Assembly (NCBI GenBank): GCA_964016885.1
Contig: OZ024758.1
Location: forward strand, 4,588,001-4,652,000
Direction: 5' to 3'
DNA length: 64,000 nt
From: Eledone cirrhosa
Taxonomy: Eukaryota
Shown one piece after another: positions 42,951-58,580 of the stretch. The notes beneath the pieces are model-generated. The model was not told the origin of the DNA, did no database searches, and saw nothing but the letters and a program-made list of their open reading frames with translations. Positions within the stretch are counted from its first letter, which is position 1. Every line of letters starts with the position of its first letter. A program made the translations under genes and the position numbers.

Positions 42951-44934
42951 GAGTGTTATGATTAATCAGTCGATAGGTAAGGAACAGGGACCATGTGTTT
43001 ATTGGCAAATGACTGCATAGAGTTTCCTTCTTGTTTGATTTACTTAATTAAGCTGTCTTCTTTAGCCCTTTCTTTGTTTCACGAAGTTTTCATGATATTG
43101 TATTGATAATGTTTTATTCGATTATAGAATGTTGTCATTGCTGCTGCTGTGCTGCTGCTGGTGATGGTGATGGTAGTATATTATTTGATTAATGTTTCAG
43201 ATGTGGGTTGTTTCTCTCTAAGGAGCAATACATCTATCTTCGTTTATGTGTGTTTTGTATACGTACTGGTAAATATAACCTCAAACTCTGGTGAGGGCGC
43301 TTCGGTGTCAGGAGTGATGTATGTGTGTGTGTGTGTTTGTGTATGTGTGTGTTTGTGTGTCCATGTGTGTGTGTGAATGTGCGTTTGTGTGAATGTGTGT
43401 GTGTGTATATGTGTGTGTTTGTGTGTCCGTGTGTGTGTTTGTGTGAATGTGTGTCTGTGTATATATGTGTATATGTGTGTGTTTGTGTATGTGTTTTGTG
43501 AAAAGGTCAAAAGACAATAGGTTATGTTTGCATTGTACAGGTGTAATATCTCACTAGGGGTGCTGGGTTGTGCGGGGTTTATTTAGTTTAAGAAAATATT
43601 GGAAACTAATATTGCGGCCCAAGTTGAAATAAATGAAAAGTTCTATAACAGTTTTGAAGTTTTGTCAAAAATGTTGTTGGTTAGAGAGGAGTCATGGGTT
43701 TACTCATTCCAAATAAATATTATTACATATACAAGACGTCATACATTGCTATCCATTGCTTGACCTTTAGGTTAGTTCTTCACATGAAGAGGAATCAAAC
43801 TTAGATTACATAAATTTCATTCTAAATTAACACTGAGTAATAAAGTCTTCGCTCCATTAAGAGAAAGCCATGATTTCCTGTGTTTTTCCAAATCGAATTT
43901 TATTTCGCCTTTGTAAATGAGTGAACAGAAATGATATGATAATTGTATGGTGTACGTGTGTGTATATGTGTCTATGTATGTATCTATGTATATATGTATA
44001 TATGTGTGTTTGTATGTATGTATATATGTGTGTTTGTATATATGTACGGTATGTGTGTATGTACGGTATGTGTGTATGTACGGTATGTGTGTATGTATGT
44101 ATGTATGTATGTATGTGTGTAGGTAGGTATGTACGGTATGTGGGTATATGTGTATGTATGTATGTATGTGTGTAGGTATGAATGAATGTATTCATTCATA
44201 CCTACCTACATGAATGTTTATATGCATGTATGAACCCGGTCTCATATGTATGTATATATACATACATACATATTCATATGCATATATACATACATATGTA
44301 TACATACACATGCATATATATACATATGTATACATACACACATACCTACCTACCTATATATATATGTATATATGTATGTATATAGGAATGTAACTAGGTA
44401 TGAATGAATATCTTCAGGTTGGTAGGCATGTATGTATATGCATATGTAAGTATATGTATGTATATGTACATGTATATGTATGTATGTGTATGTATGTGTA
44501 TGTATGTGTATGTGTTTAAAGAAAATGACGAAAGTTTTGAAGAAGAGGAAGATGATTCTCTTTATAATATTTAACTTGTCGGAGCTCCATTAGTCTGCTA
44601 CAACTGTAGATGTATTTCAGGTTTGACTCATATGAATACTCCACTCTATGCCTCTTAAAACCCTCCCTTCACACACAGATATACAATAAAATAAATTTTC
44701 TTAAGTGTTTTCAAGCAATATGTTTATAACTAATACTAGTCACAAAACTGGAACAAGCAAATGACCTCCACTAAATGGTGTTATTTTAAAACCTGCATAA
44801 CTACCATCAATTAATCAAATTTTACTTTCGAATGTCAATCAGCAAGAATTTCCATCTACCAAATTGCAATATATCTTTTAGTCTCTTACCAATAGTATTT
44901 CCATCAACTTTGTAGAATCTTTTCATATATATTA

Positions 44935-45253
44935 ACGGCACTCCGTCGGTTACTACGATGAGTGTTCGAATTGATACGATAAACGTTACAGCTGCTTGTT
45001 TAAATTAACCTGCAAGTGGCTGAGCATTCAATAAATATGTATATACGCTTAACGTAGTTGTCGGAGATTCAGTGTGACTCAGAATGTGACGAGGCTGGAC
45101 CTTCGAGGTACAAATACACCTCATTTTTGCCAGCTGAGTGGACTGGAGCAACGTAAAATAAAGTGTTTGGTTCAAGGCAACAACACACCGCTGGGAATCG
45201 AACTCACAACCTTTCGATTGTGAGCCGAATACCCTAAACAAAGCCATGCCCCT
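44935..45253 (-). mobile_element. tRNA-derived SINE related to family 2
   Basis: Minus: GGCATGGC...GAGTTCGATTCCC...CACTTTATTTTACGTTGCTCCAGTCCACTCAGCTG...GTAACCGACGGAGTGCC. Confidence 0.8.
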
Positions 45254-45314
45254 CATACATTATTACTCGCTAACAGGGCGGTGGATTGGCAGTATCAGTG
45301 GAGGGTGGGACGCC

Positions 45315-45930
45315 AGTAGTAGTAGAAGAAGTAGTTGATGTTGTGGTGCTGAAGATAGTAATAGTAGTGGTGGTGGTGTTGTAAATTGTAGTAGTAGTGG
45401 TGGTAGTGATATTAGTAGTAGTGGTAATACTAGTGATAGTAGTAATAGCAGCAACAACAGTAGTAACATTAGTAGTAGTGGTAGTAGAAGTAGTTGATGT
45501 TGTGGTGCTGAAAATAGTAATAGTAGTGGTGGTGGTGTTGTTGATTGTAGTAGTAGTAGTGATATTAGTAGTAGTGGTGATACTAGTGATAGTAGTAATA
45601 ACAGCAGCAGTAGTAATATTAGTAGTAGTGTTGGTGGTAATAGTAGTAATAGCAGCAGTAGTAGCAGTAGTAGCAGTAGTAACAGTAGTAGCAGTAGTAG
45701 TAGTAATAGTAGTAGAATTAGTATTAGTATTAGTAGTAGTAGTAGTAGTAGTAGTAATAGCAGCAGTAGTAGCAGTAGTAGCAGTAGTAACAGTAGTAGC
45801 AGTAGTAGTAGTAATAGTAGTAGAATTAGTATTAGTATTAGTAGTAGTAGTAGTAGTAATAGCAGCAGTAACATTAGTAGTAGTAGCAGTAGTAACATTA
45901 GAAGTAGTAGCAGTAGTCCTAGTAGTGGTA
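45315..45930. repeat. (GTA/GCA/GTG)n tract with internal higher-order duplications
   Basis: Direct reading; source of poly-Leu and poly-Val ORFs. Confidence 0.9.
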
Positions 45931-46778
45931 GGACATCTTCAGGTCACATGGCTCAAATTTCAGCAGCGTCCAAAGTATTATGAATATATAACCTCTTGTC
46001 AAGAAAAGATAGATTTATTTACTTCTAGTTGGAACTTATCCAGTCTTTACTATATTCCAACGTATATTTTGACCTGATAATCATTCAAACGTTTATGATC
46101 AACAAATTTATCATTCTGTCCTCTATACCATTTGTAATACAATGTAAATGCAACTGTTTTTCTCTGAGTTTCAAATTGAAATATAATTGATGACTTTACA
46201 TGAGATGAAAATTATTCAAATAATTAATTAGTGTTGTTGATATTCTTGTGTGGTTTCTGTTTTATGTTTGACATATTTTACATATTCTATATTATACATA
46301 CTACAATATATTTGCTGTGTTGTTGTGTTACAACGTGTGTAGATTATTATATGTTAAATCCACATTGTGTAATGTGTTGACTGAAAAGTTCTTTTTTGTT
46401 TCTTCTACTTTTCTTTTCTATTCTTTTCTTTTTCTTTTTTCTCTTTCTTTACCAGCGATTGAACCCGGTACTCATATATGTATATTACTTATACTCTTTT
46501 ACTCTTTTACCTGTTTCAGCCATCCGGCTGAGGCCATGTATATATATATATATGTATATATACGTATATACATAACACATATACGCACATATATATACAC
46601 ATAATATATACACATATATATATACATATATATACACATATATATACACATAATATATATAAATATATACATAATATATATACATACATAATATATATAC
46701 ATAGATACATAATATATATACATACATTATATATATATATACATATACATGCATATATATATATATATATATACATAT

Positions 46779-46835
46779 AGGAAAAGAGCCAGGTGCGTCA
46801 TCATCCACCTGGTATCTTACCACACCTTTGTTTTA
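46779..46835. mobile_element. Collapsed family B element (both ends, centre deleted)
   Basis: AGGAAAAGAGCCAGG (cf. 365-379) fused to GGTGCGTCATCATCCACCTGGTATCTTACCACACC (cf. 8149-8185); TA flanks. Confidence 0.6.
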
Positions 46836-46863
46836 TATATATACAAATAAATATATTATATAT

Positions 46864-47298
46864 ACATGGAAAGTTATATTTAAAATTGTTGGGTTACAAC
46901 TAGTAAATATTTATAACTGATATAAAAGCACTCGACAAATATTTGGAGTATATTTACAATATTAAATAAATGGAAACTATATTTATAAAACCATATTTAT
47001 TTCATTATATATATTTCGGGGATATCATATTAACAATATGCTATGCCTTCCTCAGACAAAATACAATATAAACAGTTCTATAGATAAATAGATTCGACAT
47101 ACCGTAACAACACCGACTTGCATTTGGAGAACCTCTCCAAATGCAAGTCGGTGTTGTTACGGTATGTCGAATCTATTTATCTATAGAACTGTTTATATTG
47201 TATTTTGTCTGAGGAAGGCATAGCATATTGTTAATATGATATCCCCGAAATATATATAATGAAATAAATATGGTTTTATAAATATAGTTTCCATTTAT

Positions 47299-47306
<8 letters not shown>
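46864..47306. mobile_element. TA-embedded family D element containing a perfect 349 bp palindrome
   Basis: 46958-47130 is the reverse complement of 47134-47306 with loop ACC; each arm has CTGAGGA-stem II-GAAATATATA. Confidence 0.85.
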
Positions 47307-47362
<56 letters not shown>

Positions 47363-49341
47363 TAGTTAATAATCGAAGTTGTAGGTGCAATAAGGCTGAT
47401 AATACATGTGTGTGTGTGTCTGTGCATATGTGTGTTAGTGTGTGTGTTAGTGTGTGTGTTAGTGTGTGTGTTAATGTGTGTGTGTAGCGTTAATGTTATT
47501 TAAAATGCAACATATATATTGATTCACTTCTTATTGATTTTGCATATTTTCACAAAACCTCATATTTTGGTGAAAAGAACAATCGATTAAACAGCATCAA
47601 TGTTATTTATTCAATCATTTGATTCTTACATTTTACCTTCTAACCCCAAAGTATCACTGGTATTTGAACTCGAATCTTTCAGGATGATTTCGCCTTTCTA
47701 TATATCAATATTTATAGTTAATATACCAGCAATTTTCTGGGGTTAATTCAACCACATCTTTCCTCTACAAAAAACTGAGCTTCGTTCTGGTTATATAAGA
47801 AATCACCATTTAATCAATTAATGAGTTTTCTTTATTAATAATATTTTCCACGAAGACAATAATATATTGAAATATTTGTCTTAAAATTCTTATATTTGCG
47901 TATTCCATTTCATATGAAACTAAAATTTCATCGATCTGTTAATTCATGTATCAAAACCACTTTATCCATTATACAATGCTTCCAGTGTATTTTAATTTCC
48001 ATTCCTCTCTTGGCTAAATACGAAATTATAACGACATGAAATTCGCTTTTTAACTTCTTAAATTCTTGTATTATAGGTGATAAACTAAATTACTTACCAA
48101 GCACAAACGTGACAGAAACATTATCCAATTTCAGTGTCAGGCAGTTTTCTGCAATGAGCACCAACTTATCAGATCATGCAATCAACATTTATAATCCTCA
48201 ATAACGGATATATAGCTATAAATATACCGCGTGATATTACGAAGCCGAGATAAAAAGAAGTATTCATCCAATTTATATTTAAATTCATGATGTCAATATC
48301 GGATCCTTTGATGTCAAAGAATATTAAGTTGGGTTTAAAATATTAATTTTCATCTTTTACTATATTTAACTTAAAACATGAACCATGGATGTCGATTCAA
48401 ATAAATATGGATTCCATTTTTTTTTTTTTTTTTTTAATACTGTATTTGTTCTATTTTATGTGGGTGTTGACATTGATGTAGAGCTTATTTTGTGGTATAA
48501 TTCCTGTTGAAATTAAATATAAATTCAGCGATAAAAGCAAGAAAAAAATATATTAACCAGATAATGAGGTTTGGGTTTTATTTTTACACAATATTACCAT
48601 AGACAATCGATTGTGGTCTTATCTCTTGATAGAATCTTCCATTTATAATTAAATTTTCTTTTTGCTTATGGCTTTCACTGAGTGCCAATAAACTTAGTCC
48701 ATTTATGAGTGTTTTTACAAATACACGTGTGTTAAAAAGAGAAGAGAATATATAGATTAAATGAAGGAGTAAAGTAAAGAGAGAGAGATAGAACTGGTGG
48801 CTTTGTGGGGGTCATAAAGAATCATGAAATTGTTGAAACATTCCATTAAACATACATTGCATGAAGCTAACACATTGGGGTAATTTACACATTTCCGTTT
48901 TCTTTAAATATATTCTAACGCATTAAAGTAAACCTCATTCGACACACTTTTAATATTTGCTGTGTACTTCATTTTTTCTTTTACTTGCTAACCGGTATCT
49001 TGTCTTAAATGGTACATTCTAATGAATATTTACACCATACATCCAGATTACACTGGTTAATATTAGCTTAGGTTTATGCAGATAAGATGGGGAATTTAAA
49101 CGGCACTTAAACGTAAATGACAAGACTATAATACTAGTCTATAGAGAATGATGAATTGATAAATGAAAAGCTATATGTCAGTGTTTAGTAATAGACATGT
49201 TCGTTTCTGCTGTTACTACAGTGTAAGCAGTTAAAGTAAATTTCACTTGCAATGATATATAACTGTCAAGTTTTCTTCCTTTAAGTTTATGGTTCACAGA
49301 ATAACTGACGTTACTAGGTAAGATAAGTTTGCAGTGCGGCA

Positions 49342-50196
<855 letters not shown>

Positions 50197-50639
50197 ATAG
50201 AGAGAGAGAGAGACAGAGAGAGACAGAGACAAAGAGAGAGAGAGGTTTCGGCCAGTATTGGCCCAGGTCATGTCTAACATAATAGCACCACCTGGCGAAG
50301 TCTTTCAAATCAGGATTTGTAGACAGTTATTGTTTACGGAGACATATCGGAGTGTAGGAGGTTTATCCGAGATTTCTTGAAGGAATTTGTCCGAAGACTT
50401 CGTGAAATTTATGGGTCTGTTACTGTTTTAATGTGTTTTGGTGTAATGTTAAATAGAGCGGGGGTCAATTGAAGTGAAATAATTGTGCCGCATTGTTGTT
50501 ATGAGATGCGAGTGTGATTTCTGTTGTGGGCGGATAGCACGGGGTCCAAGCCTTGGGTGCACCTTCTCGACATTATGATCGTAAGTCCAATACCTTAACC
50601 ATTACGACAAATAACACGGCAAAAATTGTTTCTATATTA

Positions 50640-50875
50640 TTGATGGTTATCATCGTCCGGCTGCCTTAGTTGAAATGGACTCAACAATTGATCTCCACGT
50701 GGGTTCATTGCCGTTGCCAAGTCCTGGATTTCAATACCAGAATCTCTGAAGAAGACATCAGGGTAGGAAAGCTTGTTCCCCCTGTTATTAGTGAGTGCTT
50801 GTGGTTTCCAAAGTACTAGTGGGGACATAGCCTCGTAGGTGGCACGATGGCAGTGATCAGCAAATCTTACTCTTA
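50640..50875 (-). mobile_element. RTE-type LINE 3' end
   Basis: RVRFADHCHRA...PLVLWKP...LSYPDVFFRDSGIEIQDLATAM; same family as 26120-26665. Confidence 0.8.
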
Positions 50876-51847
50876 ATTCATTCATTGATGGTTATAACCC
50901 CGTTTATGACATAGGTGTAATTTCAGCCGTTACCTCAAAGATCACCTAGTGAGTAGTATAGAAATATATATTAGTGAGCTATGATAGAATTATTGTCAGA
51001 CATTTTATATATAAACTTTCTCTCTACATCGCATAACGCGCAGTAAAGTTTCCTGAATAACGTGACAACACTTACGTTGTCGAGAGAGATTCCGTCAACA
51101 AAAGTGGAAAAAGTTAGTTCAAATCTGCAATTTCAATATTTCCCTTCGTGGTTAGAACTATGTGGATAATAAAATAGTTGACTAGACAGTTTCTCTAACT
51201 TGTTCTTGCTATTTTCTCAGCAAATAGAATGAGTAGATTTTATTGAAATAGAAACTTAATATAAGTTACCATTTCATAATAATCAAATCAAAGCAACTTT
51301 TTTTTTTAATAAAGCCCACAGAAGTGCTAAATTTACCGTCACGTTTTAGACACTTCTGCGAAAAATCGAATTTCAATATTTCCTGCAATGTGTAACGCAA
51401 TTTCACCTTAATGTCTCCATAAGAAATATGAACAGATATAAATTATTTAATATGTTATCCATGACTGATACTTTAGTCAATTAATATAAAGCACTTAGCT
51501 TTCTTTACCCCTTCAATATAAAAATCGAGTTGCAAACGTAACTAAGAATCGAAAAGGCTTCTTTCAAATATAAGAACATTCTAGAAAATCTAAATAAACA
51601 TTTCTCAAAGTTAGAAAATTAACTTATTAAACGACAACCTACTCAAAATGCTATTTACTATGATATAGCGTTTGAGTAAATCAATATTTCTTTTGGAGTT
51701 TTTTTAAACATCATTTTTTTTCAGGATTCCTCGTCTTACGAAGTTTCAAACTGTACTTCAAGCTCATCGTTCTTATCAGTTCTAGAAGGCCAGGGAATAT
51801 AACGAGTCCAACCAATATACACCAAACTAAACTACATGAAAAATAAT

Positions 51848-52024
51848 GGTTTCTTATATAGGGACAAGGCCAGCAATTGGGGGGGGGGGATTAAATCGAC
51901 CCCTAGTGCGTAATTTATGTTATCGACTCCGTAAGGATGAAAAACAAAGTTAACCTCGGCGGTATTTGAACTCAGATCATAAAGGGCCGTAACTCTATGC
52001 TGAAAAGCATGGCATCCGATGCTC
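51848..52024 (-). mobile_element. SINE family 1 with 13 bp TSD
   Basis: CATGAAAAATAAT at 51835-51847 and 52025-52037. Confidence 0.85.
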
Positions 52025-52293
52025 CATGAAAAATAATAATACCAATTGTATATTAGTATTGGCCCAGACCATGCCTAACTTAATAACCCATCCGATGAAG
52101 TCTTTCAAATCAGGATTGCATTGTGACAGGATACAACACTCAGTTCTACATGCTTCTATCTACCTAGATATGTTGAACAGGGTGTATCATAATTCGATAA
52201 AAGTCTAGAGTCGTAATCAGAACGTAAAGATTAGCATTCCATGTCATACTTCAGCTTAACAGTTCTGACTACCTTCTGCTTCTATTTCGCTGT

Positions 52294-52418
52294 CGTTAGC
52301 TTTGCCTTTCATCCTTACGAGGTCGATAAAATAAAATAAAGTACACACTAGGGTCGATTTCATCGACTTTCCCCTCCCCAAAGATTATTGGCCTTGTGCT
52401 TAAATCAGAAACCATTAT
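52294..52418 (+). mobile_element. SINE family 1, 3' half
   Basis: Core and tail match. Confidence 0.8.
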
Positions 52419-54019
52419 CTATTTCTTACAAAGGCACAATGCTTCCCCGCTGTAGGCGTGTAGATTAAACTGGTCCTTTATTTTCGACTACAGAAGGAAG
52501 ACAGACAACCTAAGAATCAGTGAAATTTGAAATTACAGTGTAAAGCTCTGTAATATATTGTGTGAAAATCTCTAGCGATTTTGCCGACAATCTCCACAAC
52601 ATCTAGTATAATTCTAACAAACTAATAACTATTACATTTGTAATTCTATATTACTAACGTGTTTAGTGTAATGCAATCATCATGCATTTGTCTGTAAATC
52701 GAAAAAAAAAATAGTGGTACAAAATTGAATCATCCTGACCACCATTGCATGTGTATCGGGTTCGATGTAAGGAACATCATTATCATCAACATAATGATCG
52801 ACATTCTCAGTATTATTATTATTATCATTATTATTATCGTTGTTGTTATTGATATTATTATTATTTTCCTTCCACATAACGTTTTGTAACAGAAATACCA
52901 TCACCTGCAGAGCAACTCAGCGGGGGAAAAAAACACAACTACATCAACAACAAGAACAGCAACATATCACTTCAACATTGTCATCAACATCATCGTCGTT
53001 ATCATCAACAACAACAACTAATCCAACATTATGAACGAGCAACATAAATATAACTTATATAAATAATTGAAAACAATACAAGAACAACACATACACAACA
53101 ACAAGCGGCCGAAGCTTCCAGATGAACTTCACCATCAGCAGTTTTGGTAATCTCACGTAGTGCGTCTCTAAGTCACCAGCAGAGTTTTAAAGTAGCTTGA
53201 TAAATATTTAAATAGACAAAAAATAATTTTGAAAAACAATTTCCAAATTCTACAAATAAAACCAAAGAAATATCCAATGGAATGCCTAACTATTTTGATA
53301 GAGCAGGACAATATTACATTACCATTTATTTTTAAGTGGGTATCCTTCAATAAAACTCCCGTTTCCTTGGGGGTCTGATTGTAGTTATCGTGTAGCATTT
53401 GCCATGGATATTTATAAATGATTTATTTAGCCACCGGGATTTCGGTTTGAAATTTTACAGTTTTTAGCGAAACATTTTGAAGTCAGTAGCTTCCATTTTT
53501 GTTCCATTTTTGTTTCGTCTTTGGGGGTTTTTTTTTTGTTCTTTTCTATTTATTCTTTGATGAGATCATTGCCAAAGTTGTCATCTTCATCAACCCTACA
53601 GTTAGTATTGTGACAGTCATTATCATAATAATTCTCATTAGCAGCAGCAGCAGCATCAACAGAAGTATCGTCGTCGTTGCTGACGGCAGTCCAATGTTTG
53701 TCATCGTTGTCGTAGTCGTCATCATCAAAGTAGTCTTCATAATCATAATTGTCATATTCATCCTTTATCTTCCCAATCATCATCAGCAACATCATCATCA
53801 TCGTCCATACCACTGCACCCTAGCATCATCATCAACATCATCTTCCGTATCACTGCACCCTAGCATCATCATCAGCAACATCATCATCCTCCACATCACT
53901 GCACCCTAGCATCATCATCATCATCATCCACATCACTGCACCCTAGCATCATCATCATCATATTGTGTTTATCATTTAGTAATTTGCCCATCTTTCAACT
54001 CTTCATTGTCCAATAAAAC

Positions 54020-54352
54020 AACGACCACATGTGCTTACTTGATGTAGGACAAGCCACGTGGGAAGGTAGGCTACATGTGCTTCATGTGGTATAGGGCAAT
54101 CCATTATTGGAAGCTAGACCACGTGTGCTTCATGTGGTATAGAGCAATCCGTGTGGGAAGCTAGACCACATGTGCTTACTTGGTGTAGGGCAACCCAATG
54201 TAGGAAGCTAGACTACATGTGCCTCATGTGGTACAGGACAAGCCATTGTTGGAAGCTAGACCACGTGTGCTTTACGTGGTGTAGGGTAATCCAGGTGGTA
54301 AGCTAGACTACATGTGCTTCATGTGGTATAGGGCAAGCCAATGTGGCAAGCT
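54020..54352. repeat. ~45-64 bp degenerate tandem repeat
   Basis: GGAAGCTAGAC(C/T)AC(A/G)TGTGCTTCATGTGGTATAGGGCAA recurs about 6 times. Confidence 0.85.
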
Positions 54353-54894
54353 TTGTCTAGTCACGTGAATTGCGACAAATAACTGAGACATCTCCCTCGT
54401 GAAAAGTAAATAAATTACCTTCTTAAAAAAAATGTAGAATCTCATTGGATAATATTCCCATATATCATTAAATAGACGTCGTTGACAAAGCTGCAATGAC
54501 TGACGACATCGGTTGCTCTATCAAACCTGATTGTAGACGAAGCAACAAATTGAAGTAGGCTCTAATTTCGTGTGGAAATTAAAAAAAAAACATACGGTAA
54601 ACGACTGTGTAGGATTCTTATGTAAATATCTTCCTTAGAAAATGGATAAATATTCGTTGGAATAAATAGGTGTCTGGCAATTGACTATATTTCTCAGACC
54701 CGCCAAACTAGACGTTTCTAGAGGCAACCTTTACTTCCTTTACAACAATTCCTATGACACTATTGAGTAATTCTAGTTCAATTGCTCCGTTCAAAATTAT
54801 GAGTGGTTCTACTTTACTATAAACAACTAAACAATGACAAAAACAACATGGAAAATAGCAAGTGTTTAACTCATATTTGAGAATCAACTAAAAC

Positions 54895-55170
54895 AGTCTT
54901 CTTCCGAGTTTACACCCGCAAAGATTCAGCACGTTTTCTCCAGTCGTCCCGGTCGAGCATGACATTTCTCAGATGTTATCAATGTAGGCATCTCTTAGCA
55001 CGGTATAAATGAATGAGACGGCTTCTCTTCCCACGCTTCTTCGTCCGACCGTCGGTTTCCAGAGCACAAGTTGAGATGCTATCTCTTATGGATGACGGAT
55101 GCAGTGCCCAGCCAGTTTCATTCGTCTGCGGGGGCAACATTTTTTGAGATACATCACTAGGTTGTAAGAG
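54895..55170 (-). mobile_element. RTE-type LINE C-terminal fragment
   Basis: RRMKLAGHCIRHP*EIASQLVLWKPTVGRRSVGR...MLDRDDWRKR. Confidence 0.75.
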
Positions 55171-56675
55171 TTTACTTGGGAGCTAAAGTTGTCTCCCATT
55201 GCTTCATCTCCCCTGGTAGCTTACTGTTGTTGATCCAAGGCTGGTTATTCGTCCGGCAGGTGCCCACTAACCATCATATAGCAACTAGCCATCATATAGC
55301 AACTAACCATCATATCTGGTGGCTGTGTCGCTCTCTACCACTTACGATCCGTTATCTAGTAGAACAGATCTGCCAGAAAGTTCTAGAACATTCTGCTAGC
55401 AGGAAATGTAACTCTTGGTATTCCAGATTTACACAATCGAACTTGGGCACTCAACACTGAGAGATAAATTAATAACTATACATACACACGTGTGAGATAG
55501 TGTGAGATAGTACGAGATTGTGTTAGGGTTAGATTTGGGTCAGGGTCAGGGTTAGGTTGTGGTTTTGTGTGGTTGTGTGAAATTGTGTGTGTGGTTGTGT
55601 ATCGTTGTGTGCAATTGTGTGTGGTTGTGTACGAGAGGAGGATTGTGTGGTTGTGTATGACTGTGTGGGATTGTGTATAGCTGTGTCGGATTGTGTGATG
55701 TGTTTTATATTATGTGATTGTATGTATGAGAGGGGGAGAGAACGAACGAGAGATACACTGGATGACGTAACATTCTAATTCTATTCAATATTTAGGAATT
55801 CAGTATCAACATGTCTTCACTTCTATCCATAGAAATTTACAATTTACAATGTTCATTACATTTTGCATAGCATGCATTATACTGATTCTGTCGCCGGATT
55901 TTTCTTTCCTTACTTTATTTAAAACATTTATTATTTATATTTTATTATTTTTATCTTATTTTATTTATTTATTTCTGAGAATGTGTGTTACACATTTCAT
56001 TTTTTGAGCCCATTGTTTCTTTCAGAACACTTTGAACCGATAGTTGTTGATATATTAAAGTTACATGTAAATAAATGTGTAGATTTTCATAACGTATCGA
56101 GAAATGTCAATATATCCTCTTGGCTATACCAAACTCTGAAATACTATACAAAACAAGAAGACGGAATTATACAATTTAACAATTAATATCAGTTCTCTTT
56201 CATGGCTGAACCGAATATCAATCAGACTGAGAGGAAATGTTAAAGTTCAGTATCCTTTAGAAATATATATTGTAACAATAGTTGCCTATTTCATATATGC
56301 TGATATAAGCGTTTTTGAAAAATAGATAATAGTATGTTTGTGTTTATGAGGTAAAGACGTGTATTCGTCTTATGTAACTCTGTATATCACTAACAAGTGC
56401 CATATATATATATATACATTAGTATGTATATGTATATAAATATATGTCTCCTTTGTCTGCTTCATGCTCTGCCTTTCTCCTTCATCCTCCCTTTCCCTCT
56501 TTCCCTTTCTTCCACTCTCTCCTTTTGTCTCTCAATATCATATCCTCATTTTCTTCCTCTCTGGCCTTTGGCCCAATCCTTCAGTATTTTGTCTTTTACC
56601 TGTAATATGTAGCAGACATTTTCTTCAGCTGAGCAACCCAACCTCATTCTTCAGAAAGAAAGAACATTTTTTTTC

Positions 56676-56840
56676 AGCATAGAGTTACAGTCCTTTACGG
56701 TCTGAGTTCACATGCCGCCGAGGTTAACTTTGCCTTTCATCCTTACTGGGTCGATTAAATAAAGTACCAGTTACGTATTGGGGTCAATTTAATCGACTTC
56801 CCACTCCCCAAAATTGGCCTTGCGCCTATATAAGAAACCA
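56676..56840 (+). mobile_element. SINE family 1, 5'-truncated
   Basis: Consensus match followed by (ATC)n/(ATT)n. Confidence 0.85.
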
Positions 56841-57299
56841 TCATCATCATCATCATCATCATTATTATTCGCCCACTTATTCATTAGAAGGTCGTGGGGT
56901 CAGAGGTGGCCAATAATCCTTCCAGTGGGCCTCCTTTTCTAATGGGAAATTATCCACACAGTGGAGACCAAGACAGAATTCTTGCAACAGAGTTTACTCT
57001 ACCAAAGACACCCATGTATCATGTGGTGGTGCTAATCTAAGGGACGAATTATATCTGCTACACGAAAAAAAAAAAAAACATTTTCCGCTCACCATTGAAA
57101 CTTTAATCGCTTTGCTTTGGTCAAAGCGATGCCATGGTAGAGGAAATGTATATAAGATCCCTCGAATTGGTATTGAACTTGAAATTATATAATTGAGAAA
57201 TGAACCTCCTGAATCCTGAAGACCCAGACAAAGCCTAGACTTGTAAAACCATTTTGATAAGGAACGAATATAGCGCTAATGACCTTTGTGTTATCATAC

Positions 57300-57560
57300 T
57301 TTCACCAACCAGTGTATATGTTTCTTTCTTACCATTTACCATGTTCAAGCCTTTTAGATTTCAAATAGACTTTACACTATACTGATAATCTACTCAGGAA
57401 TGCTATTATGTCTGAGTATGTGAAATGTAGCTTCGTAGTTAATTCTCTCTCACCAATGTATTCTTCAAATCAATAAATATCATGAAAATAGATTTTCACC
57501 ATTTTATACAGCTCTTTTAGCGCGTCCATTGACATGTATTCGGTATGATTGGGAATCCCA
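57300..57560 (-). mobile_element. Heavily decayed LINE reverse transcriptase fragment
   Basis: MIFIDLKN... and FHILRHNSIPE*IISIV*SLF resemble FIDF.KAFD...ILR.YGIPEKII.II.SLY. Confidence 0.45.
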
Positions 57561-57967
57561 TCCTATTGTGAGTAAATAGCTGTCAGTCACTGATATACAT
57601 TATATATAATAAAATGAAGTTGAATAATTTGGTTGCATGTTGTTCATGTTTTGACAGTCTCCTTTCTCTGATAGTAATAACATTGATTGCACATTGTTCT
57701 GAAGTGATACGACTTTCAAATAGTTAATTACAATGTTTCAGGGTGTTCTTGTCAGATTTCTTCTCCATAATTGAATGCATCAATGCACATTGCTGAATTT
57801 CTGCATTCCTCATATGACGTCTCCTTCTTGATGTTGTTGTTATTGTTGTTGTAAGGTGATCAACGTTTTGTTACATTTGCCATTAATCAAGCCTGGTGGT
57901 TTCTACATATATATGTATATATACACACATCAAGCGTGGTGGGTGGGTGCTACATGGACACACATAA

Positions 57968-58003
<36 letters not shown>

Positions 58004-58007
58004 GTAT

Positions 58008-58054
58008 ATGACTCTTTATTATATATATAACTCTTTATTATATACATATATGAC

Positions 58055-58094
<40 letters not shown>

Positions 58095-58537
58095 TCTTTA
58101 TTATATATATATATATATATAGACTCTTTATTATATATATATATATATAGACTCTTTATTATATATATATAGACTCTTTATTATATATATATAGACTCTT
58201 TATTATATATATATATATATAGACTCTTTATTATATATATATATAGACTCTTTATTATATATATATATATATAGAGACTCTTTATTATATATATATATAT
58301 ATATAGATATGACTCTTTATTATATATATATAGACTCTTTATTATTATATATATATAGATATAGATATGACTCTTTATTATATATATAGACTCTTTATTA
58401 TATATATATAGACTCTTTATTATTATTATATATATATATATAGATATGACTCTTTATTATATATATAGACTCTTTATTATATATATAGACTCTTTATTAT
58501 ATATATAGACTCTTTATTATATATATAGACTCTTTAT

Positions 58538-58545
<8 letters not shown>
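58008..58545. repeat. Minisatellite GACTCTTTAT(TA)n with variable TA count
   Basis: About 20 units. Confidence 0.9.

Positions 58546-58580
<35 letters not shown>

Noticed and set aside
45263-46077. Poly-Leu/Val ORFs (also 19358-19862, 6674-6970, 53499-53909)
   Set aside because: Translations of trinucleotide microsatellites
54500-54545. CTGACGA followed by a hairpin
   Set aside because: No GAAA or stem III in the correct position
55522-55556. TTAGGG-like repeats
   Set aside because: Only a few degenerate units; too little for an interstitial telomere call
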